A stretch of 57,133 nt of DNA, counting the filler, from Sphacelaria rigidula (Eukaryota): assembly GCA_964200075.2 (NCBI GenBank). It is 3 parts of 3 records of this genome, joined end to end, with 100 filler letters (N's around TTAATTAATTAA, not from the genome) between each part and the next. Parts side by side here need not be neighbours in the genome. Positions count along the whole stretch, not along the records: positions 1 to 18,992 come from CAXNAA020000754.1; positions 19,093 to 38,073 come from CAXNAA020000755.1; 1 more part is not named here. One strand, given 5' to 3'. A model generated the notes under the pieces. That model did no database searches. It was not told the origin of the DNA and saw nothing but the letters and a program-made list of their open reading frames with translations. A program made the position numbers and the translations under genes. Positions within the stretch are counted from its first letter, which is position 1. Each line of letters begins with the position of its first letter. Shown here piece by piece: positions 13,101 through 24,800 of the stretch.

Positions 13101-16100
13101 TTCGTTTTTGTTTTTTTCCCGACCCAATTTAATTATATTTCGACGGACGGTGAACGTGATCGCGACTGATCCGGGTGGCCTGAGCGAGGTTTGCCGAACA
13201 AAAAGGGATGGGTGTGTAGATTACTTTCAAGATTTTCCCCAACAACTGTTTCCGTGTTATCGCTCGTTCTCGTTCTCTGTGTTGCACAGTATGCCGATGA
13301 CTTTGCTGATAGCTTATCGCCCTGTGTACTGCCCCAAACCGTACCAGGTTTTGTTTTCCATGGTGTGCGTGTTCGGCACCGGCTGGCCGTTCGTGGGCAT
13401 AATCTTTGTGCCGATGCTGCTCAACTACGCATGGGTGAGGTTGTCGCAGGGGGCCTCGTTTGCGGAGGGACTCGGGGCTGCCACTGCGGCGGCGACGTGG
13501 GCTGTGGTTTGTGCTGCTGTGGTGGCGGGATTGGCGACCTTCACGGATAGTGCTTGGTACGGCCAGACGACATCTCCTACCTTGAACATAATGTGCGTTT
13601 TCGTGTTGATAATTTCGTGTTGATAAATGATCCTCTTGATAATTTCGTGTTGATAATTTCGTGTTGATAATTTCGTGTTGATAAATGATCCTCTTCAGAA
13701 TCGCAGAATGAAGCTGCAGTTTGTCCACACTCTCCAGACAAAAGTGTGGTACTAACGCATCGCTCTCTCCCTTTCCTCTGCGGTGTCGTCGACGCGGTCT
13801 TGAGGGAATATCGCACAAAACGGTGTCTTTCAATACAATAGATGCTCATATTTTTTCGTGCGTGCGTTACGGTGATATTATAATACATAAAAGGTTCCGC
13901 TCCGGGAGGTTGGTACGTGCCTCCCGGGGGTGACGCAAGTCGAAAATAAATGGTCAAGGGAGGCTGTTGTATTTCAATGTACAGTAGCGATCGTGGCTGT
14001 ACAAAACGTCCCACGTGTTATCGGATGGTGGTTCCGGATAAGGTTCACCAACTTGAGTAACACAGATGCGAAGGTTGTACAAATGCTGGGCGGCAATAAT
14101 TTCGACATGTGTGGTATATTTGTATTGATGCGACATGAGCTGAAGGCAATGTTGAACGCTGTTGTACGTTTGGTCGGGACAACCAGTCGAGGTGCCAGAG
14201 TGCGAAGTAGCTCGCTCTCGTGCCACAAAGACATGACAGCGGGAGGCATTTCCCGAAGAATTGGAATGTGTGGAACATTCTTGGCATCTTCTTTGTCACT
14301 TGGCAAGCTGGCGTGTATATTCTTTCAGTGCTTCGCTTTTTCTCCGCCCATGAGAGTTGCGATTTTTTTCTTTCAAGCCGGCCGAATTCTCACTGGGTCT
14401 TTTTCATCCGTCTTTTTTTCACCGGGCCATTTTTTTTAACGGGCATGTTCTTGCACTGCTGTCGTTTTTCGTTGCACATGAAAGTTTGCATTTCTCTGGA
14501 CATGAGAGTGGTGGTTCTTGTCTCAAACGATTGCACATCACCGCGCCTTTTTTTTTCAACAGGATGATTGTTTTTTGCGGCAAAACATTCCTGTGCTCCC
14601 GTGCTGCTGTGCCTTGTTCAAGTCGCCAATCGCCCATTGCACGGTCTTGTGTTTCCTGCCGACTAAGGCCAAGACAAGGTTCAATTGTTTTCAACTGCTT
14701 TGCTCTCATGTTCTCGTGACACTGGCGGCATAACCGGTGTGTTCGTGCTCCCAAATGAACGAGAACGCGACAAAGAGAAACACGGGGGAAAAACACCCCG
14801 CCAAGAGTAATCCAGTTTCAAGTTTTTCACAATCTTCAACAGGCTTTTGTGGTTCGGGTTCCTGTTTCAAATTTCCTACGGTCTTGAAAGGGCTTTTGTG
14901 GTTCGGGAATCGACACCCCGCGAAGAAGGGTCAGTTTGACCTACTTTCGGTGGCTAGAACACGCGCCACAGGTATCAGATGACACCCAAACCTGAACGGT
15001 AATGTACCGTGAGCCTTCTTAGTGCACTGCACAAGAAAGTGCGGGAAAAAATGCCTTGTCGCCAGAGGAAGCTCGGGAAAAGTAGTGAAAAATGTTAAAT
15101 GATTCACGTACATGTACACAAGCGACGTTTTTGCTTCCTCGCTGTTTTTCCTTATATTTCGCTGACTACATCAGAAAATATAATGTCTTGGACGCTGGCC
15201 AAGGGCGGGGCGACGAGCTGTACGGCGTGGAACCGGCGTCGTTCTACGTGAAGAATCTTTTCTTGAACACCACGGTGGCGTTCCCTTTGGCGATAGCACT
15301 GCCCTTCCTGTTCTCTTTGATCTACCCCCTGGCTGACAAGGTGCAATAGCTAAGATAATGTTGTAGACTTTGAGGTGATCTGAAGCCTCTTGGTAGTGGC
15401 TGGCATTCGACGAGGCACTGGTTACGAGTAGCTTTATCCAGGCACAAATAACACCCCCCTGGATTCGTAGGGATATGTCGTGAACGGCTCAGGTAGCGAC
15501 ATCACCATTCTACTCGCGCATAACTTGTCACCCGGACGACACGCAGGCTGCTCGAGTGGACTTGAGGCGAAAGCTCATGTTCTGCTCCCCAGGCCTGCTG
15601 TGGCTGGCGCTCATGTTCTCAAAGCCCCACAAGGTACGTTACTATGCGAACTTCGACCTCTACGCGCTTGTAGTGTATGTTCTCGTGTATATATTCGTTT
15701 GAAGATGCCGTGCGTGCGTCCGGATGGTGTTGTTCCGGTCGACGATTGGTCTATTGTTATGCTTCCCCAAACGGTCCGTCGTGTCCGCGGGTCTCAGCCT
15801 GGCCAGGAGGAACACTGCTACGCACGTAAAAATTCCCCCCCCCCCCCCCCTCCCCCACACACACGCACACACACACACACACACTGTCTTTCCTTATTCG
15901 CACTCGCTCGTTCTGAATGTGGTGTTCGGTACGACAGGAGGAGCGGTTCCTGTATCCTGCATATCCCTTCATATTCCTGGCGGCCGCATGCACGCTGGAC
16001 ATCGGTGTACAGGTATTGAGCATCTCAACACAATGGCATCGACGTTGTTTTCCATTGCTTGTCTGTCCTTTTGGATATTGTTGAAATGAGCCAGTGATGC

Positions 16101-17425
16101 CTACCATTTTCATCTATTCCTGCACCTCCTGTCCTTTGCTTGTTGCTCCCATGAAGCAAGTATTTCGCACCTCACTACCCCCATCAACTCATCGATTGGA
16201 CACTTTTATGCTGCTGGGGCAATTACGTGCGGTCGGCGTCTCTCGCGTGTTTTCCGTCATCCGTATTTGCACCCAGGCCGCAGAGGAAATTGTCACAAAA
16301 TTGCGTGGTGATGCAGCTTCCAGTATGAAGGTTTTACCGCAGGCAGCGGCCATGCTATGTGAGTACACGCGGTCGTCCGGCTCTTCATGTTCATCATGTA
16401 TGTTCGGGATATGCTACTTTTTGTTCAGCCGGGCTCAGGTTCAAGTTGATGCCTATAATAAGCCACTCTGACATATCTGTAGGCTCGTCACATCGTGGAA
16501 GTGCTGCTGCTGGTCTGTTATCTGGGTGTGGCAACTATGTCAATTTCGACCATGACTTGTAGCTTGGGCTTGTCGCAACGAATGATCAGCTCCTGTCGTG
16601 TGCCCTTGGGGTTTGATTGCTTGAGAAAATTGCGTGATACCTATTGCATGGTAACAGTACAGTGTCACGAGCTACTCGGAGTCCCGTGTCCCGGGTTTTA
16701 CCTCGCATGCCAACACTGCCTTTGCCCCACAGTCTCCTCACGCGCTGTATGGTATTTCGCGGGCAGGTGTGCTGTTCGCAGCGTCGCTAGGCATGTGCCG
16801 AACCGCAGCTGTGGTGAAATTTCACAACGCGCCCTGCAATATGTTCAAGTGAGTTATGCAACTTGGAGCTACTGATGGCTTCGCGCGTTGGGTTAAAATA
16901 AATACGCATCGTTTTTTGGCTAATTTCGCGGCTTGTAATAGTACAGCACACATGCCGTAGTAGTAAGTAGCGAAACGTGTGCTAGCCATGGATGCGTTCA
17001 GCGTAGCAGCACTCGGTTGCTAAGTAATGGCGCGGAATGCCACGCCCGACATACCCCCCGTCGCTTTGCCACATATCGCAGATCTGCCCTGTTCCAGCCG
17101 GAAAATGTCAATATTTGCGAGACGTACCCGGTTGACTCATGCGATGCTTGGTATCTAGCACGGAAAATGTGTCGACGAAAAAAACAGCTTCTTCCGTTCC
17201 TTTTACTTCTCTGGTTCCCCCGTACGTGTGTTTCGGCACAGGTTTTTGTACTACAAAGAACTCAAGCCGTACTGGGTCAATTCGGGTGCCATACTGAAGC
17301 CCCTGCGGTTGTGCATCGGAGGCGAGTGGCACCGATTCCCGAGCAGCTTCTACATCCCGCACGAGAAAGTAAAACTGAGTTTCTTGAGGTCCGACTTCCA
17401 CGGTCAGCTACCGCAGCCCTTCCCG
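10167..17425 (+). CDS. ALG9: Dol-P-Man-dependent alpha-1,2-mannosyltransferase ALG9 (GT22 family), 3'-incomplete
   Basis: Exons 10167-10333, 11450-11567, 11959-12047, 12580-12724, 13348-13592, 15175-15340, 15547-15633, 15938-16012, 16277-16358, 16767-16848, 17242-17425. All are GT..AG and phase-consistent, giving 480 codons. Diagnostic ALG9 motifs: DCDETYNYWEPLHY..GFQTWEYAPKYALRSY, GMF...LPSS..M, GWPF, LYGVEP..FY.KNL.LN, PHKEERFLYP.YP, C.GGEWHRFPSSF, F.GQLPQPF. No terminal exon or stop was found before the gap. Confidence 0.95.
10880..11132 (+). mobile_element. Retroposon (LINE/SINE) 3'-end remnant with degenerate (AATC)n tail, in ALG9 intron 1
   Basis: A T-rich stretch is followed by ttgtcaccacggctgggaccc...gtgtacgacaatcaatcaatt. 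The same motif recurs at 45425-45506 (minus) and 52436-52500 (plus). Short tandem-repeat tails are typical of non-LTR element 3' ends. The 5' boundary is approximate. Confidence 0.5.
13599..13696. repeat. 14-bp minisatellite (tttcgtgttgataa) with two interspersed atgatcctctt units, in ALG9 intron 5
   Basis: Five copies of tttcgtgttgataa start 6 nt after the exon-5 donor site. Confidence 0.9.
15835..15884. repeat. poly-C plus (CA)n simple repeat in ALG9 intron 7
   Basis: A C16 run followed by an imperfect (CA)n tract. Confidence 0.9.
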
Positions 17426-18867
17426 GTAAGTCATACTCGGGAGTTTATTCCTTTCACCGCACCTTTTACCCCCCCCTCCTTTCCCCGGACGAATCTCTGT
17501 TTTCGAGGGTTCTACTCGTACCATTATCTTTTTCGGTGCCTGCCTCCCACCATTAGGCATTGGAACAGCACCCCCCAGCTCTTCAATTTCCATCGAGTTC
17601 TGATGTCTCTTGCTGACTCATATTCTCACGTTCGATAGAGACAAGACAAGTAAATCAGTATAGTGTACAGTACTACATGGACTCGAATCCACGGATTCGC
17701 TCCAACTCCAGTGCTGACGTGCCACTATTGACTATCAACTACGGAGGCGCGGCGAACGAGAGAGTTACAGTCACAGGTTATGACCGTGTGTTGGTGGTAG
17801 CGCTAGATCTGTAACTTTTCATGCTGATTCCGCGAAGTTGGCGTAACTCTCAACAGGAAATAAGCCCGACGGCTGGTTGGTTGCTGTTTGTCTGCGTTAC
17901 ACCGAACGTACGCTGGCGGTCCAGTTTTTACTTTTTTCTCTGTCAACTCTGCAGTATGGGTGAGTGCGGGTAGTGCATTCTGGTGAGCACGGCTTTGACC
18001 CCTTGACCTCCAACCAGCATCGTTTCGGAACAGTTGACCGGCTAACGGTCCAGGAGTTTCATTGTTTTTGACCTCCAATCGTGAGCGATTGCTTCCCAGA
18101 TCAACAATCAGTGTTTCCAGATTTTTTCACGTCTGGCAACGGGTCTGAAGAGGGGCGGGGTAGCCATTTTGGTACTTTGATTGGTGGAATGATCCACGAA
18201 GTTCTCTACAAAGCGGCCAATATCGCCCACCTGGAGGTGATCAAGTATTTCACCGTTTGATGGTCAACAATAGAAACACACAAAGGAAGAGAGTGATTTT
18301 TGCTCTCCGCAATTTTTTCGCCACCTACCTGTCCGCCCTGGTGTTGTCAAGAGCTGCGCTTTGTTGTTCAATACTGAATGTGGATATATCAAGCGAGGGC
18401 ACTCTATCAATGTACTATCTGTCCCATTTAGCTGCCGATGAAAACATTCTGTCTGTACGGCACGCCGCACAGCAGCAGCGCCGTACTATAGAGTACAGTT
18501 GAGATGATATGGCATGCAGTGTACAACGTCGGCAAAATATCCCGGACGTGCGCTAACGACGCCGTGACAGTACGAAGACTGCTGCTAGAGCAAGGCGGAG
18601 TGTACTATGTTGCTTTGGTACATCGCAGCAGTAGTGGTATCCAGCATGCACTACTCGCTTACTTGTGCATGACAGTACGTATCGCCTACTCAGCATACCG
18701 GAAAGTATACCTACGTGGCTTGGCCAGGAAAGGATCAGGAGTCATGTGCTGGTTTTCATACAAACAGTCAACATCCACCTGTCCAGATGAATACGGGTGC
18801 TGGGCTACCCAAGAAAAATATATCTGAAGCCAAATTTGACCATGAGCAAAATCGGGCGATCTGGGGA

Positions 18868-18933
18868 CGTACTCATTTGTTGCTTGCCTTAGTCGTTTGA
18901 CCATTGACCACGCATCCCTTTCGAGACGGAGCA
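18868..18933 (+). repeat. Dispersed short repeat, copy 2, bracketed by 12-bp direct repeat ggcgatctgggg
   Basis: Matches 4-69. ggcgatctgggg occurs at 18855-18866 and 18934-18945. Confidence 0.85.
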
Positions 18934-18992
18934 GGCGATCTGGGGGGGTGGGGGGTGGGGGGGGGGTGGAGGTCAGTGTGCAGATTATGTAT

Positions 18993-19092
18993 NNNNNNNN
19001 NNNNNNNNNNNNNNNNNNNNNNNNNNNNNNNNNNNNTTAATTAATTAANNNNNNNNNNNNNNNNNNNNNNNNNNNNNNNNNNNNNNNNNNNN
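18993..19092. other. Artificial assembly linker/gap (N44-TTAATTAATTAA-N44)
   Basis: Exactly 100 bp. The central 12-mer gives stops in all six frames. Identical to 38074-38173. Confidence 0.97.
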
Positions 19093-21850
19093 TCCCGCGA
19101 CAGGCGACGCCGCGGGTGCGGGCTGGAATGTGAGGGCGCTGGGTATCTCGGATGGCTGTTCTGCGGCGGTGGGCGGTTGTGTGATACTCGGCGGGTTTGC
19201 ATCCACAGGCGACTCGGTACCAACTGGCGCCGGAACAGGGCCCAATGTCGATGCGTCTCCCACGACAGGCGACGCCGCGGGTGCGGGCTGGAATGTGAGG
19301 GCGCTGGGTATTTCTGCAGCGGTGGGCGGTCCTGTGATACTCGGCGGGTTTGCATCCACAGGCGACTCGGTACCAACTGGCGCCGAGACAGGGTCCAATG
19401 TTGATGTGTCTCCCGCGACAGGCGACGCTGCGGGTGCGGGCTGGGATGTGGGGACGGTAGGTACCTCGGATGGTTGTTCAGCAGCAGTGGGCGGTCCTGT
19501 GATACTCGGCGGGTTTGCATCCACAGGCGACTCGGTACCAACTGGCGCCGGGACAGGGTCCAATGTCGATGCGTCTCCCGCGACAGGCGACGCTGCAGGT
19601 GCGGGCTGGGGTGTGGGGGCGTCAGGTATCTCGAATGGTTGTTCAGCAGCAGTGGGCCGTTCTGTGGTACTCGGCGGGTTTGCATCGAGGGGTGCCTTGG
19701 TACCAACTGGCGCCGAGACAGGGTCTAATGTCGACCGACCCCTCGCGGCAGGTGATACAGCAGGTGCGGGCTGGGATGTGGGGGCGCTAGGTATCCCGGA
19801 TGGCTGCTCTGCAGCGGTGGGCGGTCCTGTGATACTCGGCGGGTTTCCATCCACAGGCGACTCGGTACCACCTGGCGCCGGGACAGGGCCCAATGTCGAT
19901 GCGTCTCCCGCGACAGGTGACGCCGCGGGTGCGGGCTGGGGTGTGGAGGCGCCGGGTATCTCGAATGGCTGTTCAGCAGCGGTGGGCGGTCCTGTGATAC
20001 TTGACGGGTTTGCATCCACAGGCGACTCGGTACCAACTGGCGCCGGGACCGGGCTCGATGTCGAAACGTCTCCCGGGACGGGTGACGCCGCGGGTGCGGG
20101 CTGGAATGTGGGAGCGCTAGGTACCTCGGACGACGGTTCTGCAGCGGTGGGCGGTCCTGTGACACTCAGCGGGTTTCCATCCACAGGCGACTCGGTACCA
20201 ACTGGCGCCGGAACAGGATCCAATGTCGATGCGTCTCCCGCGACAGGTGACGCCGCGGGTGCGGGCTGGGGTGTGGAGGCGCTAGGTATCTCGAGTGGCT
20301 GTTCAGCAGCGGTGGGCGGTCCTGTGATACTCGGCGGGTTTACATCGAGGGGCGACTCGGTACCAACTGGCGCCGGGACCGGGCTCGATGTCGATGCGTC
20401 TCCCGCGACAGGTGACGCCGCGGGTGCGGGCTGGGGTGTGGGAGCGCTAGGTACCTCGGACGGCGGTTCTGCAGCGGTGGGCGGCCCTGTGATACTCGGC
20501 GGGTTTGCATCGAGGGGCGACTCGGTCCCAACTGGCGCCGGGACAGGGCCCAATGTCGATGCGTCTCCCGCGACAGGTGACGCCGCAGGTGCGGGCTGCA
20601 GTGTTGGTGCGTTAGGTACCTCGGATGGCTGTTCAGCAGCGGTGGGCGGTTCTGTGACACCCGGCGGGTTTGCGTCGAGGGGTGCCTCGGTACCAACTGG
20701 CGCCGGGACAGGGCCCAATGTCGATGCGTCTCCCGCGACAGGTGACGCCGCGGGTGCGGGCTGGGGTGTGGAGGCGCTAGGTACCTCGGATGGCTGTTCA
20801 GCAGCGGTGGGCGGTTCTGTGACACCCGGCGGGTTTGCGTCGAGGGGTGCCTCGGTACCAACTAGCGCCGGGACAGGGCTCGATGTCGATGCGTCTCCCG
20901 CGACAGGGGACGCCGCGGGTGCGGGCTGGGGTGTGAGGACGGTAGGTACCTCGGACGACGGTCCTGCAGCGGTGGGCGGTTGTGTGAAACTCGGCGGGTT
21001 TGCATCCACAGGCGACCCGGTACCAACTGGCGCCGGAACAGGGCCCAACGTCGATGCGTCTCCCGCGACAGGTGACGCCGCGGGTGCTGGCTGGGATGTT
21101 GGTGCGTTAGGTACCTCGGATGGCTGTTCAGCAGCGGTAGGCGGTCCTGTGACACTCGGCGGGTTTGCATCCACAGGCGCCCCGGTACCAACTGGCGTTG
21201 AGACAGGGCCCAACGTCGATGCGTCACCCGCGACTGGTGACGCCGCAGGTGCGGGCTGGGATGTGGGGGCGTTAGGTACTTTTGATGGCTGTTCAGCAGC
21301 GGTGGGCGGTCCTGTGACACTTGGCGGGTTTGCATCCACGGGCGACTCGGTACCAACTGGCGCTGGGACAGGGCTCGATGTCGATGCGTCTCCCGGGACG
21401 GGTGACGCCGCGGGTGTGGGCTGGGGTGTAGGAGCGCTAGGTACCTCGGACGACGGTCCTGCAGCGGTGGGCGGTCCTGTGACACTCGGCGGGTTTGCAT
21501 CCACAGGCGACTCGGTACCAACTGGCGCCGGAACAGGATCCAATGTTGATGCGTCTCCCGCGACAGGTGAAGCCGCGGGTGCGGGCTGGGATGTTGGTGC
21601 GTTAGGTACCTCGAATGGCTGTTCTGCAGCGGTGGGCGGTTCTGTGATACTTGACGGGTTTGCATCCACAGGCGACTCGGTACCAACTGGCGCCGGGACA
21701 GGGCCCAACGTCGATGCGTCGCCCGCGACAGGTGACGCCGCGGGTGCGGGCTGGGGTGTGGGGGCGTCAGGTATCTCGGATGGCTGTTCAGCAGCGGTAG
21801 GCGGTCCTGTGATACTCGGCGGGTTTGCATCGAGGGGCGACTCGGTACCA
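19093..21850 (-). repeat. Coding tandem repeat A: 165 bp / 55 aa, about 16-17 copies
   Basis: Unit PVAGDASTLGPVPAPVGTESPVDANPPSITGPPTAAEQPSEVPSAPTPQPAPAAS. The ctcggtacca marker recurs every 165 bp (e.g. 19861, 20026, 20191), with in-frame length variation. Confidence 0.93.
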
Positions 21851-24800
21851 TCTGGCGGCGCCGTCATGCTCGGTGGGCTTGCGTTGACGGGCTGTGCGGT
21901 ATCGAATGGCGCTGTGAGAGGGCTCAACGTAGGCGTGTCCAAGTTGAAGGGTGTCGAAGGCTGGGGTGTCGCGGTGGTGGATCCTCTGGTGGGCTGTTCC
22001 AGATCGAAAGGAGGCAACGATTTCCCGGGTTCCGTGGTCGTTACCATGGGTGAAATTGAGGGCTCTGCCGGGGTTGAGGGAGCCGTTGTTGGCCCCGTCA
22101 TGGGGGTTATCGGCGTGTCCGTTGGTGTGGGTACGGCAGCGAAGGGAGACTGGAATTGTTGGTAGAACGTCCGCCACATCCCCATCGGCCAACACGAGAC
22201 ATGTATAACAACGGGTTTCGTTTCATGTCGTGTAGAGTGCCGCGTCCGACGGGCATTATTGTTGTGAACACGGTGGTATATCATGTGCCGACATGACGTT
22301 GGCGTCAGTGGCAACATGCCGGGCGGTGCACCGGCAATGGCGGGAGACAACACCGGTACACGCCGCGCGTGTGCACGTGGTAATGCGACACGTGTACCAC
22401 GATGATGGGAACAAAAGGTCGGATGGTGTGCCGTCGACGGAGGGAGGGAGGAGGGCATAAACACGCGAGTTTTGTGAGAATAGATGCAGCGTGATGTACC
22501 CGGGGTGTTAATGTGACATGACATCACTCACGTAAACATGTGCAAACTCATGCCGACGTGTTTGGGAAACGCGTCGTAGCGGTATTTCCGTCGAACATCG
22601 GCGCAAACGTGGGAAGACATGGCGCGGAGGTTGTGGGGGTGCGTGCGAGCTGGGCCAGCCTAGAGTATCTCAAGGTTGCAGGCCCGCTTTCATGTCAGTT
22701 CTGAGAGTGTAAATTTAAGATGGGGTTAGGAAAAATTCTAGGCATGATCATGTATGTACATCGAGACAAAAATAGTTTTTTCACAAATGCGGTAACAATC
22801 AAAATCCACACTTGAGTGCATGTGTAGAACTCATGGAAAAAATGTTTCCATCCGAATACATAGTTTTTACTGTAACCAAGCGATTCTCCGCACCAAATGT
22901 AAAAGTCCGACTCTCGGAATCGAGTTGACTACGGGTAATATCAAAGTTTGACCGGTCGAAGTCCGGATCAGTATTTTGCAGGTCATTTACGAGCCCACAT
23001 TTAGGTACTTGTGCTTGCAATTTCTTGAGGGAGGGGCATAATGAAAAAAATGGGACATGTTGATAAATTTGTTATTGAAGTAGAAATTACTTGTTCACGA
23101 AAACGCGTTCAACTCACCGAAACAAAATGAAACTCGACTTTTGTCGTTTCCAATACGAGCTGGGCCGGCCTCAAAACTAAAACTGCTTCCACCGAAAATG
23201 TCTTAACAACCGTGGCTACTGAAGTCGCCGTACTGGAAACATATTTCGAGCCAACATATCGCTGTGATAAGAAGATGGCCACGCGTGCGCTCCAACAGCT
23301 CTCGATGTACTTAATGAGGTTCATACAAACGAAAAGGCCGTGTGCCAAAAACATATCGAGTTCAGTACGGGGCGGAACCGTTGCCAGGGTGCAGGAAACA
23401 TTGGTGCGTTTCCCCGCAGACCCGCTTCTCCCTTGAAATCTTTGATTTCCGATTCGTCATTTTTATCCTGGATGTTGGATTTCCATCGTCGAAAACATGA
23501 GGACGTGAGGAGAGATGGGTTGATCCGTGTAGACCACGGACTCATCCCAAGGAGGTGTAGGGGACTAGGGTGTGAAAAAGAGTATGTGTGCCGAGTGTGA
23601 GAAACAAAGTATGGCACGTGCGAACATCTTCGTCACGTGTGGTAGTTCATGATGGGGCGATGAAGCATGTCGACGTCTGCGCAGTGTGAGATTACCCGCT
23701 GGGCCGGCGGTATCCGCATGCACGAATCCCACACTCCCACCAGGTGCGTTGTACTTTCTGTGCTACACGTAGCGCTACCTTGGCTGCCACAACTCCTTTC
23801 GGAACAATATCATTGTTGGAACCTCATCGTCACGTTCAAGATGTAGTGCGTCGAAAAACCGCATGTACTATCCTCTGCAGTGTATCATTTTATTCTTCAA
23901 CTCACGACTATTTTGCGCCGCGTTAGGCACCAGAAAGGTCCCGCAATGATACAGGTGCTCAAGAAGGCGTGGCAGCCAATGGAGTAAGTACCACATGTAG
24001 TACAAGAGGTACAACTCGCCTCGTGGGAGTGTGGGACGCGTGCACGCGAATACATACTATCGATCCAGCGGGTAGCCTCATGGTGCGCAGACATCCATGA
24101 TATTTCATCGTCCCTGCTGAATATTTAGGCACGTGTTGTACTCAACCCTGTGAGAACCAGGTGACGACTTTTTTCTTCTGTGAATCGGCATCGTTTTCAT
24201 TCAAATTCAAGTCAAATGATGCCGATTCACAAAAAAAAAAATCGTCACAGGGTATCCAAAGGGTCAACCCAGTATATTGTCGACAACATGTTTTTTTCGC
24301 CACTCCATGGGCACACGACTTCTTTTTTTCAAAACACTCCAAACCTCTCCCATCCTCAGCACGAGTCCGCAGTCTCAAAACGCCGGCTCATCTCTCCTGG
24401 CTTCGTCACGCCTTCGACGGTGCAAACCATATTTACGAAGAAAAAAGAGTGCGTTTGGGGGCAATCGAACCGAAGTACTCTTTGCCCTGACGGTGACAGT
24501 GTGACAATGCGGCCACCGTGGCGCTTTTTCCATGCGAGAACACTGAAACGACAATGCGTGGCTCAATTTTCCGGATTTCGGGGTGAAATGTCGACACCAG
24601 AGGCACCGCACTCAGGCCTACCCCACCCCTCCTTCGGCTTTTAGTTTCATATTTTCCTCGCTTACTTCAAGGGATTTGAGAATAGCCCAATATATTGGAC
24701 GGCTTAAAGTGAGGGTAAAAACATACAGCATATAAAGCCGAGAGAATGACGCGGTGGGCCCAAGTGTAGCTCCTCCGGTGTCCAAGTTTCACCCCGACAT

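Noticed and set aside
19130-22165. 1011-aa plus-strand Gly/Ala/Val-rich ORF
   Set aside because: Antisense shadow of the Pro/Thr/Ser repeat exon. Splice signals and frame continuity support the minus strand.
22150-22527. N-terminal extension of the 1160-aa ORF (likewise 31028-31177 of the 1809-aa ORF)
   Set aside because: Composition changes abruptly at a good pyrimidine-rich/CAG acceptor, so these are better explained as intron read-through.
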